Positions 45,623-55,229 of a DNA stretch of 64,000 nt are shown piece after piece. The notes under the pieces were generated by a model. The model was not told the origin of the DNA and ran no database searches. It worked only from the letters and a program-made list of their open reading frames with translations. The stretch comes from an uncultured bacterium (GTDB lineage: Bacteria; Patescibacteriota; Minisyncoccia; Moranbacterales; UBA2206), in NCBI GenBank assembly GCA_903937035.1, contig CAIZXS010000004.1, positions 4,693-68,692 of the forward strand, in the 5' to 3' direction. The translations under genes were made by a program, and so were the position numbers. Each line of letters begins with the position of its first letter. The first letter of the stretch is position 1.

Positions 45623-46768
45623 CTAAATGATGAGTTTTTTGTAGGTATTGATTGATTTATCCCAGCTAAATTTCTTAATTACATTGCCTCTCATTTTTTT
45701 CCCAAGAAGAACTCTTTTTTCTTTATCAGAAGCGATATTTTCTAGCACTTCCTTTATTCTGGTTATATTTGGTATTTCCATAAGAGTATCCTCTCTTAGG
45801 TCAATAACTTCATCCGCTCCTTCATTTGGCGTGGCGATGACTGCGCAGCTGCAATACATTGCTTCTAAAAGGGACGTGGAAAGTCCGCCACCGTGCAGGG
45901 CGGAATGAATGTATATGTCCGACACCTTCATTATCCCAATTGCTTTTTCTCTCGACATGCTTCCAAGTAGGATGGTTGATTCATCGCATAATTTTTGTAG
46001 TCTAGAGAAATCTTCTCCATCACCAATGACAATAAAAATTATTTGTTTTTTTATATTTTCCGAGAGGTTTTTGATTGCCTCTATGCTGTATTCAATCCCT
46101 TTCCATTTATAAAGTCTGGCTACGGTCAGGATGATTATTTTATCTTTAAATCTGTTTTTGAAATCAATATCGGGATGGATGGAATCTATCGAGTCTAAAT
46201 TTAGTCCGCGGTAAATTATTGGAGAATGTCTTTTGTCAAACTTATGGACAAATTTCTGAACTGCCCTTGAGATGGAGATATTTAAATCTGATGATCGGAA
46301 AATGAGTCTACCGATCGTTAGGTCATATATTTTTGCGATGAATGATTTTAGTGGGCTTGATAGGATAGTGAAGTTGGAAGTGTGCTCGATGTGGATCCAT
46401 CTGATTCTTTTGATTTTGGCGAGCAACATGGCCAGAAGCGATGTGTTGAAAAATCTAATACGTGAGATGATAAGCTCGTAGTCTGTTTTGAATAGGCCAA
46501 GATATAGTTTCCAAAACTTAAATTTCCAAAATTTTGGCAGGGGATAGTTGGGAACAATTTCAAAGGCCGGAAATCTGATGATGTCTAGGTGTTCATTGAT
46601 TTTTTCATATTCGGCCGAGTCTTTGATGAGTAGGCAGGTAAAAACAGTGATTTTTGTATTTTCACTAGCTAGGTGTCTATTGAACTCATCGGCATGACTG
46701 CCTAGCCCTCCAATGCAGGGGGGGTATATCGCAGTAAAAACAAGTATTTTCATGGTATTTTTAGTCAA
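45623..46768 (-). CDS. glycosyltransferase family 4
   Basis: HGGGLSTSLLEAMYCSCAVIAT C-terminal GT4 motif. Confidence 0.85.
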   Translation of the reverse strand: MTKNTMKILVFTAIYPPCIGGLGSHADEFNRHLASENTKITVFTCLLIKDSAEYEKINEHLDIIRFPAFEIVPNYPLPKFWKFKFWKLYLGLFKTDYELIISRIRFFNTSLLAMLLAKIKRIRWIHIEHTSNFTILSSPLKSFIAKIYDLTIGRLIFRSSDLNISISRAVQKFVHKFDKRHSPIIYRGLNLDSIDSIHPDIDFKNRFKDKIIILTVARLYKWKGIEYSIEAIKNLSENIKKQIIFIVIGDGEDFSRLQKLCDESTILLGSMSREKAIGIMKVSDIYIHSALHGGGLSTSLLEAMYCSCAVIATPNEGADEVIDLREDTLMEIPNITRIKEVLENIASDKEKRVLLGKKMRGNVIKKFSWDKSINTYKKLII

Positions 46769-48653
46769 AATATTTTCTAAACCAATTTTCTAAAATTATC
46801 ATCGACCAGATTTTATGGGATAGGTCAACCGAGGTATTCTGTTGAATATGGAGCAGCTTTTTCACAGTAGCTTCGTTGAAGATATTTCTATTTCTAGTTC
46901 TTTCGGAAAGTAATAGGTCATTAGAATAATCTTTCATCTGATTTTTAAGCCAAATATTCAGGGGTGTTTCAAAGCCTTTTTTGGACCGGTTAATTATTTG
47001 ATCAGGCAAGAGGTCTTTCAACGCTTCCTTCAAAATCCATTTTGTTTGATTGAAGTTTTTAATCTTTAGGTTGGACGGGATCTTGGCTGTTAGCTCAATA
47101 AACTCATGGTCTAGAAAGGGCGATCGTGTTTCCAGGGCAACAGACATGCTGGCAAGATCCACTTTTGTCATTAGGTCGTCTGGTAGATAGGTGGCGAAAT
47201 CGGCATAGAGAGTTTGATCTAATTTGTTTTCAGTTGCCGATTCATTGAATTTATCGACTATCAGATCAAGACTATTTTCTCTCGATGTGATTTTTTGAAA
47301 GTTTTCGGTGAATAAATTATTTTCAATATGATTATTTTGGCGATACATGTAGCTTGCATAGCGCTTTCGATAAGCTAGTGGCAGATAACTTAAGAAAAGA
47401 AATATCTTAGACAGTAGTTCGCTTTTTATATTTTCAAGGGGAATCCTGGCAATAATATTGGCCGGGAGTTTGTTAAAAAAACGCAAGTAATCAAGTTGAA
47501 GGGACAGTTTTTGGATGGTGTGTCTGAAATATCCGGCGAAGTTTTCATCTCCGCCGTCTCCTGACATAGCAACTGTGACGTGTTCGCGGGTTAATTTGCT
47601 TAAATAATATGTTGGGATGGCGCTGGAATCAGCAAAGGGTTCTTCGTAGAGACGGACAAGTTCAGGTAGGATTTCCATCGCCTCGGGCTTGACGATAAAC
47701 TCGGTGTGATCAGTTTTGAATTTATGGGCTACTATTTTTGCGTACTCCAGCTCATCATATTTTTTTTCCGAAAATCCAATGGAAAAAGTTTTGATTGGCG
47801 TGGGGCTGAATTTGCTCATCATTCCAATGATGGCGCTAGAGTCAATTCCTCCCGAGAGGAAAGCACCCAGAGGAACATCGGCGATCATGCGCAGTTTCAC
47901 GGATTCCTCCAATTTATTGATAATTTTTTCTTTCCAGCCGCCGATAGATAGGTCTAATTTTTCGGAATAATCTAGTTTCCAATAGCGCTCAAGCTTGGTC
48001 TGGTTTGTTTTGAGATCGATTAATAAATAGTGGGCTGGTTCAAGTTTTTTGATATTTTTAAATCCAGTAAATGGCGCTGGACAATATTGAAACGTTAAAT
48101 AATGGCGGATAGCCACGTAGTCTGGTTCTTTTTTGTAATCCGTTTGGGTTAGGATTGCCTTGAGCTCTGATGCGAAAATGAAGATCTTGTCATCAAGGTA
48201 ATATTTGAAGGGTTTTTTTCCGACTCTATCTCTGGCGCAGAATAGGGTTTTTTCTTTGTCGTCATAGATGGCGAAAGAAAACATCCCTCGTAGATGTTGG
48301 AGACAATCGGTGCCGTATTTGTGATATAGCGCCATGATTACCTCTGTGTCTGTATCTGATTTGAAGGTGTATATTTTTTCTTTTTGTAGATTTTTTTTTA
48401 AGGCTTGAAAATTATATATTTCGCCATTGAATACAATCCAATAGCGATTCATGTAGTTCATTGGCTGATGTCCGAAATGAGAGAGGTCAATGATGGATAA
48501 TCTTTGATGTCCGAGTCCAATTTTTTGGTTAGGGGAGATGTATGTTCCACTATCATCTGGTCCGCGATGGGCGATAGCCAAATTCATTTTTTCCATATCT
48601 CCAGCTGAAACAGTCCCAGTGTTAAGATAAATTTTTCCTGTGATTCCACACAT
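46761..48653 (-). CDS. asnB: asparagine synthetase B-type glutamine amidotransferase
   Basis: MCGITGKI N-terminal nucleophile, SGGIDSS PP-loop, 630 aa. Embedded in the glycosylation cluster, so likely a sugar/glycan amidotransferase paralog. Confidence 0.85.
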   Translation of the reverse strand: MCGITGKIYLNTGTVSAGDMEKMNLAIAHRGPDDSGTYISPNQKIGLGHQRLSIIDLSHFGHQPMNYMNRYWIVFNGEIYNFQALKKNLQKEKIYTFKSDTDTEVIMALYHKYGTDCLQHLRGMFSFAIYDDKEKTLFCARDRVGKKPFKYYLDDKIFIFASELKAILTQTDYKKEPDYVAIRHYLTFQYCPAPFTGFKNIKKLEPAHYLLIDLKTNQTKLERYWKLDYSEKLDLSIGGWKEKIINKLEESVKLRMIADVPLGAFLSGGIDSSAIIGMMSKFSPTPIKTFSIGFSEKKYDELEYAKIVAHKFKTDHTEFIVKPEAMEILPELVRLYEEPFADSSAIPTYYLSKLTREHVTVAMSGDGGDENFAGYFRHTIQKLSLQLDYLRFFNKLPANIIARIPLENIKSELLSKIFLFLSYLPLAYRKRYASYMYRQNNHIENNLFTENFQKITSRENSLDLIVDKFNESATENKLDQTLYADFATYLPDDLMTKVDLASMSVALETRSPFLDHEFIELTAKIPSNLKIKNFNQTKWILKEALKDLLPDQIINRSKKGFETPLNIWLKNQMKDYSNDLLLSERTRNRNIFNEATVKKLLHIQQNTSVDLSHKIWSMIILENWFRKYFD

Positions 48654-48728
48654 AGAATGATCGAATTATGCTATACTGAAGATATTGTTTAGCTTATATG
48701 TAATTAGTCTATCAACTCTGTCGCTTTT

Positions 48729-49520
48729 ATGCAAAATAATACAATCGATATCGAGGTATGCGAGGGTTTGGTTGTGAAAAGAACTATTAAAGAAATCATC
48801 TCCGAGAGAATGAATCCGCGAATATGGCAGTGGGCATATTTAAGCCTTCGGGCGTTGCTTAGGGAAGTGAAGATTTTTTCCGGGATGCTTGAGCGAGAGA
48901 GAGCTGAAAAAATTCTTGATCTGGGCTGTGGGGTGAAGCCGTACCGGTCTCTATTCCCAGAGGTAAAAGCGTATGTTGGTTTCGACGTTAGCAAGAATAG
49001 TAGTGCAGATTTTTTTGGGTATAACTGGGACCTTCCTTTTGGTGAGAGCGAATTCGATGCTCTGATTTCGACTCAAGTATTGGAGCATACATCAAAAATA
49101 TCTGAGACTATCAAGGAAATTGGGCGGGTTGTGAAAAATGATGGGCTGATTTTTATTTCGGCGCCGCTGGCCTTTCCTGAACATGAAATTCCTCATGATT
49201 ATTATCGGTTTACTCAATATGGGCTCAGGGAGTTGTTTAAAGGTTTCGAGGTGATTCGGATTGTTCCGCTTAGTGGTTACATTAAAACTCTCATAATTCT
49301 TTGGAATAATTTTTTGCATTATTTACCAGGATCAAAATATTGGCTTTCCCCCCTTTTTATTATTAATAATTTATTGGCTCTTGTGATTGACAATGTTGCT
49401 TTATTGGTCTCGTCTATGTCGTCCAAAATGAGCGGTGGGGCAGTTATTAAGGAAATTTATGCCAAGTATTATGCTAGCTTCACTGAAAGTTATGTGATTG
49501 TCTTGAGAAATAAAAAATAA
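48729..49520 (+). CDS. class I SAM-dependent methyltransferase with C-terminal TM
   Basis: ILDLGCGVKPY motif I, FISAPLAFPE motif, C-terminal hydrophobic segment. Confidence 0.75.
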   Translation: MQNNTIDIEVCEGLVVKRTIKEIISERMNPRIWQWAYLSLRALLREVKIFSGMLERERAEKILDLGCGVKPYRSLFPEVKAYVGFDVSKNSSADFFGYNWDLPFGESEFDALISTQVLEHTSKISETIKEIGRVVKNDGLIFISAPLAFPEHEIPHDYYRFTQYGLRELFKGFEVIRIVPLSGYIKTLIILWNNFLHYLPGSKYWLSPLFIINNLLALVIDNVALLVSSMSSKMSGGAVIKEIYAKYYASFTESYVIVLRNKK

Positions 49521-49666
49521 TACGTTTGCAAAAAAAAGGAAGAAGCTTTGCTCTATCACGAAAATTATGCTATTCTTAGGACAAGATTATATGGAGAAGC
49601 AAGGAATCTTTTAAATGGAGATAAATAATGCTAGTGGTGTTTGAATAAAAAATTAATCCAAAAATA

Positions 49667-50452
49667 ATGCTTATCATTTTTTTTCTTTTTGGTCTGATTA
49701 TTGGCAGTTTTCTCAATGTCGTTGTTTATCGTATTCGCACGGCAGAAACAATAATGGGGCGCTCCCATTGTCGGCAATGCAAAAAAACTATCCGTTGGTA
49801 TGATAATATCCCGGTTTTGAGTTTTGTCCTTTTGAAATTTAAATGTCGTGATTGTGGGGAAAAGATTTCTTGGCAATATCCTTTGGTGGAGTTGCTCACG
49901 GGCGTTGTTTTTGCGCTTTTGGCAAATCAATACTTTATTCTAGAAAATCCTGTTACCTGGCTTATCACTGGTGTGATGATTGCTCTTGCTAGCGCGCTCT
50001 TGGTAATTTTCATCTACGACATATTATACATGGAGATTCCCAATTTAGTTCTTTGGCCAGCGATCATTTTGGCTTTGATTTTCAATCTCTACCTTGATTT
50101 TGGACAAATATTTTCAACTGTCTGGGAGCGAATGTCAGTTTCTGGGGTTATGGCTAGCGGAGGCGCATTTTTGTTTTTTTTCTCCTTGTCCTATTTTTCA
50201 AAAGAAAAATGGATGGGAATGGGTGATGCTTATCTCGTGATCCTGCTCGGGCTCATTTTGGGTTGGCCGAAAATTCTTCTGGGACTTTTTCTGGCTTTTG
50301 CGATTGGTGCTATTTATGGTATAATTCTTATTGGAATGAAGAAGAAAGATATGAAGAGTCAGCTTCCCTTTGCTCCATTTTTAATTGTCGGAACATTTTT
50401 TGCTCTTTTTTACTATGCTCCAATTGTGGGCTGGTATCTGGGCTTATTTTAG
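49667..50452 (+). CDS. pilD: prepilin peptidase (A24 family)
   Basis: N-terminal GSFLNVVVYRI, tetracysteine CRQC...CRDC, polytopic, conserved Asp-containing GMGDAYL. Confidence 0.9.
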   Translation: MLIIFFLFGLIIGSFLNVVVYRIRTAETIMGRSHCRQCKKTIRWYDNIPVLSFVLLKFKCRDCGEKISWQYPLVELLTGVVFALLANQYFILENPVTWLITGVMIALASALLVIFIYDILYMEIPNLVLWPAIILALIFNLYLDFGQIFSTVWERMSVSGVMASGGAFLFFFSLSYFSKEKWMGMGDAYLVILLGLILGWPKILLGLFLAFAIGAIYGIILIGMKKKDMKSQLPFAPFLIVGTFFALFYYAPIVGWYLGLF

Positions 50453-50464
50453 TACCACTTTTGT

Positions 50465-50980
50465 ATGTCTGATAATTTATTTTCAAAAAAAGAAGTGACA
50501 CCTGGAGACGAGCCTACCTGTGACGCGGTTGTTTCGGGCAATCAAGGATTTACAGTCTTAGAGCTGATTGTGATTATCGCTGTTGTGGCTATAATCACAG
50601 GAATGTCTTGGAGTGCGCTGAGCGGTATGAAAAATAGGGCAAGTGTGAATAACGCTTGTGGTCAGGTATCGGCAATGATTAATAAGACGCGGAACTATGC
50701 TTTGTCTGGGAAAATGGTTAGTGGAAGCGTTCCCGTTTCTTTTGCGATTATTATAAATGGATCTATAATTCAGATATCATCAAGTGCTGGTGGAACAATG
50801 GAATCATTTAGTATCCCCGGTGGTGTGAATTGTGCTTCTCCGGCATGGTCAGCTACATATACCACTCCTAATGCTATTGGCGCTCTCCCTGGTGGTGTTG
50901 CAACCTCGACTATCACTTGTTCTGGTTATGGAGGAAGTCGAAATATCGAAGTTACTCCTTATCAGGCAATATGCAAATAG
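50465..50980 (+). CDS. minor pilin / pseudopilin (prepilin-type N-terminus)
   Basis: GFTVLELIVIIAVVAIITGM class III signal with Glu+5. The long leader suggests the real start may be internal. Confidence 0.75.
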   Translation: MSDNLFSKKEVTPGDEPTCDAVVSGNQGFTVLELIVIIAVVAIITGMSWSALSGMKNRASVNNACGQVSAMINKTRNYALSGKMVSGSVPVSFAIIINGSIIQISSSAGGTMESFSIPGGVNCASPAWSATYTTPNAIGALPGGVATSTITCSGYGGSRNIEVTPYQAICK

Positions 50981-51112
50981 TTTTTTTGTTTGAATCCTCC
51001 TGCGCTGAAGCTTCGGCGGACGAGCTAATATTGAGTAAATTTTCTGTGGCTTGCCACAAATAAAGTACAGAACTCTCCCTGTGGTTAATGCCCTTAATTA
51101 AAAAAAGATAAA

Positions 51113-51703
51113 ATGCGAAAACGAGTTTTGGAAAATAAAAAAAACAAGTCTGCCTGCCCGAAGTTGCTACATCGTTGCAGTCGGGGCTATATGTTGATTG
51201 AGGCAGTGATCGCTACTTTCATTGTGGGAATTGTGCTTGTCACATTTTTGACTGTAATGGCGGCTTCATATCGTACGGAATTTTCCAAGCGAGATATTAT
51301 CATCGCTTCAAATTTGGCTCAGGAGGGGATTGAAATCGTTAGGAATATCCGGGATAATAATTGGAAAACTTGTGTCGTTGGCAATATACCTCCGTGTAAT
51401 GATGGGTTTCAGAGTCCTCCTTTTCCTGCTCCTGCTTCTGCAAATCTTTGTAATATTGCGTATAATTATAATTATAGTGGTGCCACAATGCCAGTGGCTG
51501 GTTGCGCCGAGACTGGACTAAGAAAGAGTGGTGATTTTTATACAATTGGCGGTGGTGGGACGGTGACAAAATTTTATAGAACAGTTAGTATTTCTGGAGC
51601 TGGTGAATCCAGAACGATAACTAGTCGGATAAGATGGGGCACTACTAGTGATAAGATTCTGACTATGACTGATACTATTTATTCATGGGGAAATACAGAA
51701 TAA
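51113..51703 (+). CDS. minor pilin / pseudopilin
   Basis: GYMLIEAVIATFIVGIVLV prepilin motif. Confidence 0.75.
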   Translation: MRKRVLENKKNKSACPKLLHRCSRGYMLIEAVIATFIVGIVLVTFLTVMAASYRTEFSKRDIIIASNLAQEGIEIVRNIRDNNWKTCVVGNIPPCNDGFQSPPFPAPASANLCNIAYNYNYSGATMPVAGCAETGLRKSGDFYTIGGGGTVTKFYRTVSISGAGESRTITSRIRWGTTSDKILTMTDTIYSWGNTE

Positions 51704-52287
51704 TGCAAAAAACTAAAATGAAAAATATTTCAAATAAAAACAAAAAATACTCTGCTGTTTGTAACGCCAAAGCTTTGATTGAGCCTGCAGGAAGACGAGG
51801 GTTGACTTTTATTGAGATGCTCATCGCGATTGCAATCATGAGTATTTTGACCATGGCGATTGTGGCGGTCACTATTTCTTACCTCAATAATCGCACGGCA
51901 GTTAAGCGATATCAGGCAAATAATGAAGAATTGTCGCTAGCTTTGAATTCTTTGGCGAAAGATATTCGTATGAGCGATTTTGCACCAGCACCAGCACCAG
52001 CACCAGTGCTTGGCAGTGCCATAAATAATATCTATTTAAAAAATAATGCTACTGGCAGTGCGGTAACATATATATTCGATCCTGCAGCTAGAACCCTATC
52101 GAGAGCTGAGACTCCAACAGCAGGAGCGTCAACGAACTATGTGATTGCGAGCGATGTCGCGGGAAATTTTTATGTGAGAGGAACTCCGATTGGCAGGATT
52201 ACGACGGTGCTTGTGAAGGTCGGGCCTCCGGGGATGACGGCGCAGACGACTGTTTCAATGCGAGCTAAGTATAAGGATGAAAATTAA
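51685..52287 (+). CDS. minor pilin / pseudopilin with APAPAPAP linker
   Basis: GLTFIEMLIAIAIMSIL prepilin motif. Contains (GCACCA)4 encoding APAPAPAP. Start probably internal (MQKTKMK). Confidence 0.75.
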   Translation: MGKYRIMQKTKMKNISNKNKKYSAVCNAKALIEPAGRRGLTFIEMLIAIAIMSILTMAIVAVTISYLNNRTAVKRYQANNEELSLALNSLAKDIRMSDFAPAPAPAPVLGSAINNIYLKNNATGSAVTYIFDPAARTLSRAETPTAGASTNYVIASDVAGNFYVRGTPIGRITTVLVKVGPPGMTAQTTVSMRAKYKDEN

Positions 52288-52316
52288 GAAGATTTTTAGC
52301 AATAATTTTTGAAAAA

Positions 52317-55187
52317 ATGAAGATTCAAAAAAACAAACGAGGAAGTTTCATGATTGGGGTTCTAATCATGCTTTTGGTGATTTCAGCGATTTCAATTGCG
52401 ATTGTCAACCGCGCAATTCAAGGAACGACCCTTGCGCTTGATTCCAAAAAAGGCTATAGCGCCTATCAGGCTTCAGACGCTGCTGCAGAATTATTTTTGA
52501 ATAATCTGAAGGCATTGGACAATGAGCTGACCGCAAGAATTCCCGAAAACGCGCGTTACAATGAAGCGGGTTTTTGTGATGGGACTACTATAAAATGTTT
52601 TGATGCAACCTCTCCTGTGCCATCGCAAGTCACCGCTGGCTATCTCTCGGAAGTATATAAGCTCCAAAGTCAAAGCGTGGATGGTAGTGGTGGTTTAAAT
52701 CGTAAGATTCAAGCGGACTTAAGTGATCGGATCAATAGTGGATTGGGAAGTGGTAATTTTACTGTAGCAAATTGTGGGGATGGCGTCGCTCCTTGCACAT
52801 GGAATAAGTGTGATATAAAGCTGACCGTCAATCCCAATGCTGACGCAGCTGTAGTGAAAAAAATTAAAGATTATGAAGTGAGAAAGTCAATGCAGGGAAG
52901 TTTGAGGGCTGATTATACTATTCCCGGTAATGGCTGGTGGATAACAACGAATAGGGATGCTTTCGATGTATTTGTTCCGTTCAGATTATCTGCCACAACG
53001 CCTAATATAATACTTAAAAACGGAGATGAGAAAATTAGTGGAGCGCTTTTTGGTTCTCCTGGCTCATTGGCTAATTCTGGGGGGCAATATGGTGAGGATT
53101 ATTTTTTCACAATCAAAGCGCGAAATAAATATCCATTGAGCCTTGATTCGCTTTATTTGGATACGAGTGGAACTGGAGTCGGAACAACAGATAAGAAGGT
53201 GACGATTTCGACCTTTGATTGTGACACAGGCGATCTTTTAGGTGGACTTAAATGTGTCAAGCTCTGTACTAGCCCCGGGCAAGTTAATTGTCAACCGGTG
53301 GGAACCATAACAGCGACACAATCATATAATTGCTGTAATGGCACCGAGTGTTTTCAGCCTGATCCTAATTGGACGCCAGAACCAGGAGAAAATTGTGCAT
53401 TGCAAAAATGTGTTAACAGAGAGGGCTATTTAACACCTTCTTCTACTCCTTATCCAAGCGTTACTGATACTGTGGGAATTGGTTTCGCTGCTGGTAGTGG
53501 GGTGGTATCAGGGCTTAATGAAGGTATTACTACCGGTCTTGGTTGGTGTAAAACAGCGCAGGCTTGTGTGCCTGGAGATGCTTGCTTGCATCCATATCGA
53601 ACGGTAGGGTATTGCTTGACTTGTCCCACGGCAGCTGAAGGTTCTGATCCATCAATAAAACTCAATTCTAGTTCATGGTCGCCACAGAATAAAATAGATG
53701 TTGATATGAATCCGGCAAATGGTCGTTATAATGGAGTGTTATTTACCTCTTATCATACAACTGAGTCAAATCCATCACAACCCCGATGTTGCAAGCAGGA
53801 ATGCCCAGTTCCGTCTGGTTCGCCAACTACGATTGTGGAATCTCCAGACACATATTGCGCGCTGAATCCTTTTAAGAAGGCTACTTGGGATACTCATGAT
53901 ACGACTTGCGCAAATACTAATAATTGTGGGCCATATACTATAACAAAGAGATGTGAATTAACGTGTGCGGCAAATTATAATCCTTTTATCGAGGCTGCTG
54001 ACCCTGAATATCCGAGTGGTAAATGTTGTTCTGAAACTTGTTCTTCTGCAGCAAACCCTCCATTTGTATCGCATGATAATGCGCCGACTGTTACGGAGGG
54101 AGATTGTGATTATGAATTAGATCCCTATCATGGAACGAGTTGGACCAATACTAGTACTTGTGCGTCTGATACAAAATGTGCAGCAGCGGGTGTTCCTGGG
54201 TATACCGTTACGGAGCGTTGTAGCTTAGTTTGCGATTATGATTTTGTAAAATATGGCGTTACGAATGCTGATCATTTTGTTGCTCCTAACAAGGCTTGCT
54301 GTTATCATAAATGCTCGGACTGGACTGAACCAGCTTGTACCCAGGCTATCCCGGAGCATAGTACTCGTATTGGCAAATATTCCTGTACTCCTCAAAGTTG
54401 TGGGGATTATGTTATAACTAATAACTGTGACTTTCTGTGTGATTATAACTATACTCGTTCAGGTTCAAGCTGTGTTCCTAATACTCGATCTGCGAGTTGC
54501 TCCTCTCAGCCTTCAAATACCGTCTGGAATACCACTTCAACATTTACTCAGACATGGAACGGGCATACGGCTGCATGGGAGCCTGCCACTAAGACTGCTG
54601 TGTATGATATAAATCCGACGGTAGGTGACTGTCATGTTAGGTGTGCGACCAATTATACTTGGGATGGCTGGAATTGTATTGGCAATACCCAAACATATAC
54701 GTGCTCTGCATCTAAACCTAGTAACACAGTCTGGAACCCATCTTCCTATGCTCAAACTTGGTATGGATATTGGAGTCCTGCTGCTGACCCTTGGCCGAGA
54801 TATAGCGTACCAGCATGTAGTGGTGAATGTTGTTATAAGTGCGCGTCGGGGTATACTTGGGATACATGGAATAGTATTTGTGCTTCAAGTACGCCTACGT
54901 GCACATATAGTTGGAATCCTACAACTATCACTACGAGTCAAGGCGTGACGTATACTTGGACATCTACAGTTGCGCTGGGACTAAAATCTGAGTGCTTTAA
55001 GAAGGTTAGTGGCGCATGGTCATCGCTTGGCGTCCCTGCGCCTATGGGCGCTCTTTCCGGGAGTGGATATATTCCCCCTGCCACACTTGGTGTTGGTTCA
55101 TATTATTGCCGCATGGACGCGTATTTAGATGCTGTATATAATTCATATGCTACGAGTTGTTATACTCAAGAATTAATTGTTAACTAG
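52317..55187 (+). CDS. large Cys-rich pilin-like protein (GspK/PilX-like N-terminus lacking Glu+5; candidate pilus-tip adhesin)
   Basis: 956 aa. N-terminus KRGSFMIGVLIMLLVISAISIAIV is pilin-like with Gly at +5. C-terminal ~600 aa has >60 Cys in repeated Trp/Thr-rich modules (SNTVWN..TW.G.W, C..Y.IT..C.L.C.YN). Confidence 0.75.
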   Translation: MKIQKNKRGSFMIGVLIMLLVISAISIAIVNRAIQGTTLALDSKKGYSAYQASDAAAELFLNNLKALDNELTARIPENARYNEAGFCDGTTIKCFDATSPVPSQVTAGYLSEVYKLQSQSVDGSGGLNRKIQADLSDRINSGLGSGNFTVANCGDGVAPCTWNKCDIKLTVNPNADAAVVKKIKDYEVRKSMQGSLRADYTIPGNGWWITTNRDAFDVFVPFRLSATTPNIILKNGDEKISGALFGSPGSLANSGGQYGEDYFFTIKARNKYPLSLDSLYLDTSGTGVGTTDKKVTISTFDCDTGDLLGGLKCVKLCTSPGQVNCQPVGTITATQSYNCCNGTECFQPDPNWTPEPGENCALQKCVNREGYLTPSSTPYPSVTDTVGIGFAAGSGVVSGLNEGITTGLGWCKTAQACVPGDACLHPYRTVGYCLTCPTAAEGSDPSIKLNSSSWSPQNKIDVDMNPANGRYNGVLFTSYHTTESNPSQPRCCKQECPVPSGSPTTIVESPDTYCALNPFKKATWDTHDTTCANTNNCGPYTITKRCELTCAANYNPFIEAADPEYPSGKCCSETCSSAANPPFVSHDNAPTVTEGDCDYELDPYHGTSWTNTSTCASDTKCAAAGVPGYTVTERCSLVCDYDFVKYGVTNADHFVAPNKACCYHKCSDWTEPACTQAIPEHSTRIGKYSCTPQSCGDYVITNNCDFLCDYNYTRSGSSCVPNTRSASCSSQPSNTVWNTTSTFTQTWNGHTAAWEPATKTAVYDINPTVGDCHVRCATNYTWDGWNCIGNTQTYTCSASKPSNTVWNPSSYAQTWYGYWSPAADPWPRYSVPACSGECCYKCASGYTWDTWNSICASSTPTCTYSWNPTTITTSQGVTYTWTSTVALGLKSECFKKVSGAWSSLGVPAPMGALSGSGYIPPATLGVGSYYCRMDAYLDAVYNSYATSCYTQELIVN

Positions 55188-55229
55188 CTAGTTTTAAGTT
55201 AAATTTATTTTTTCTATTAAATTATAAAA

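Noticed and set aside
50981-51112. Hairpin cgctgaagcttcggcg between minor-pilin genes as a terminator
   Set aside because: The stem is only ~5 bp with a 6-nt loop and no U-tract, which is too weak to call.
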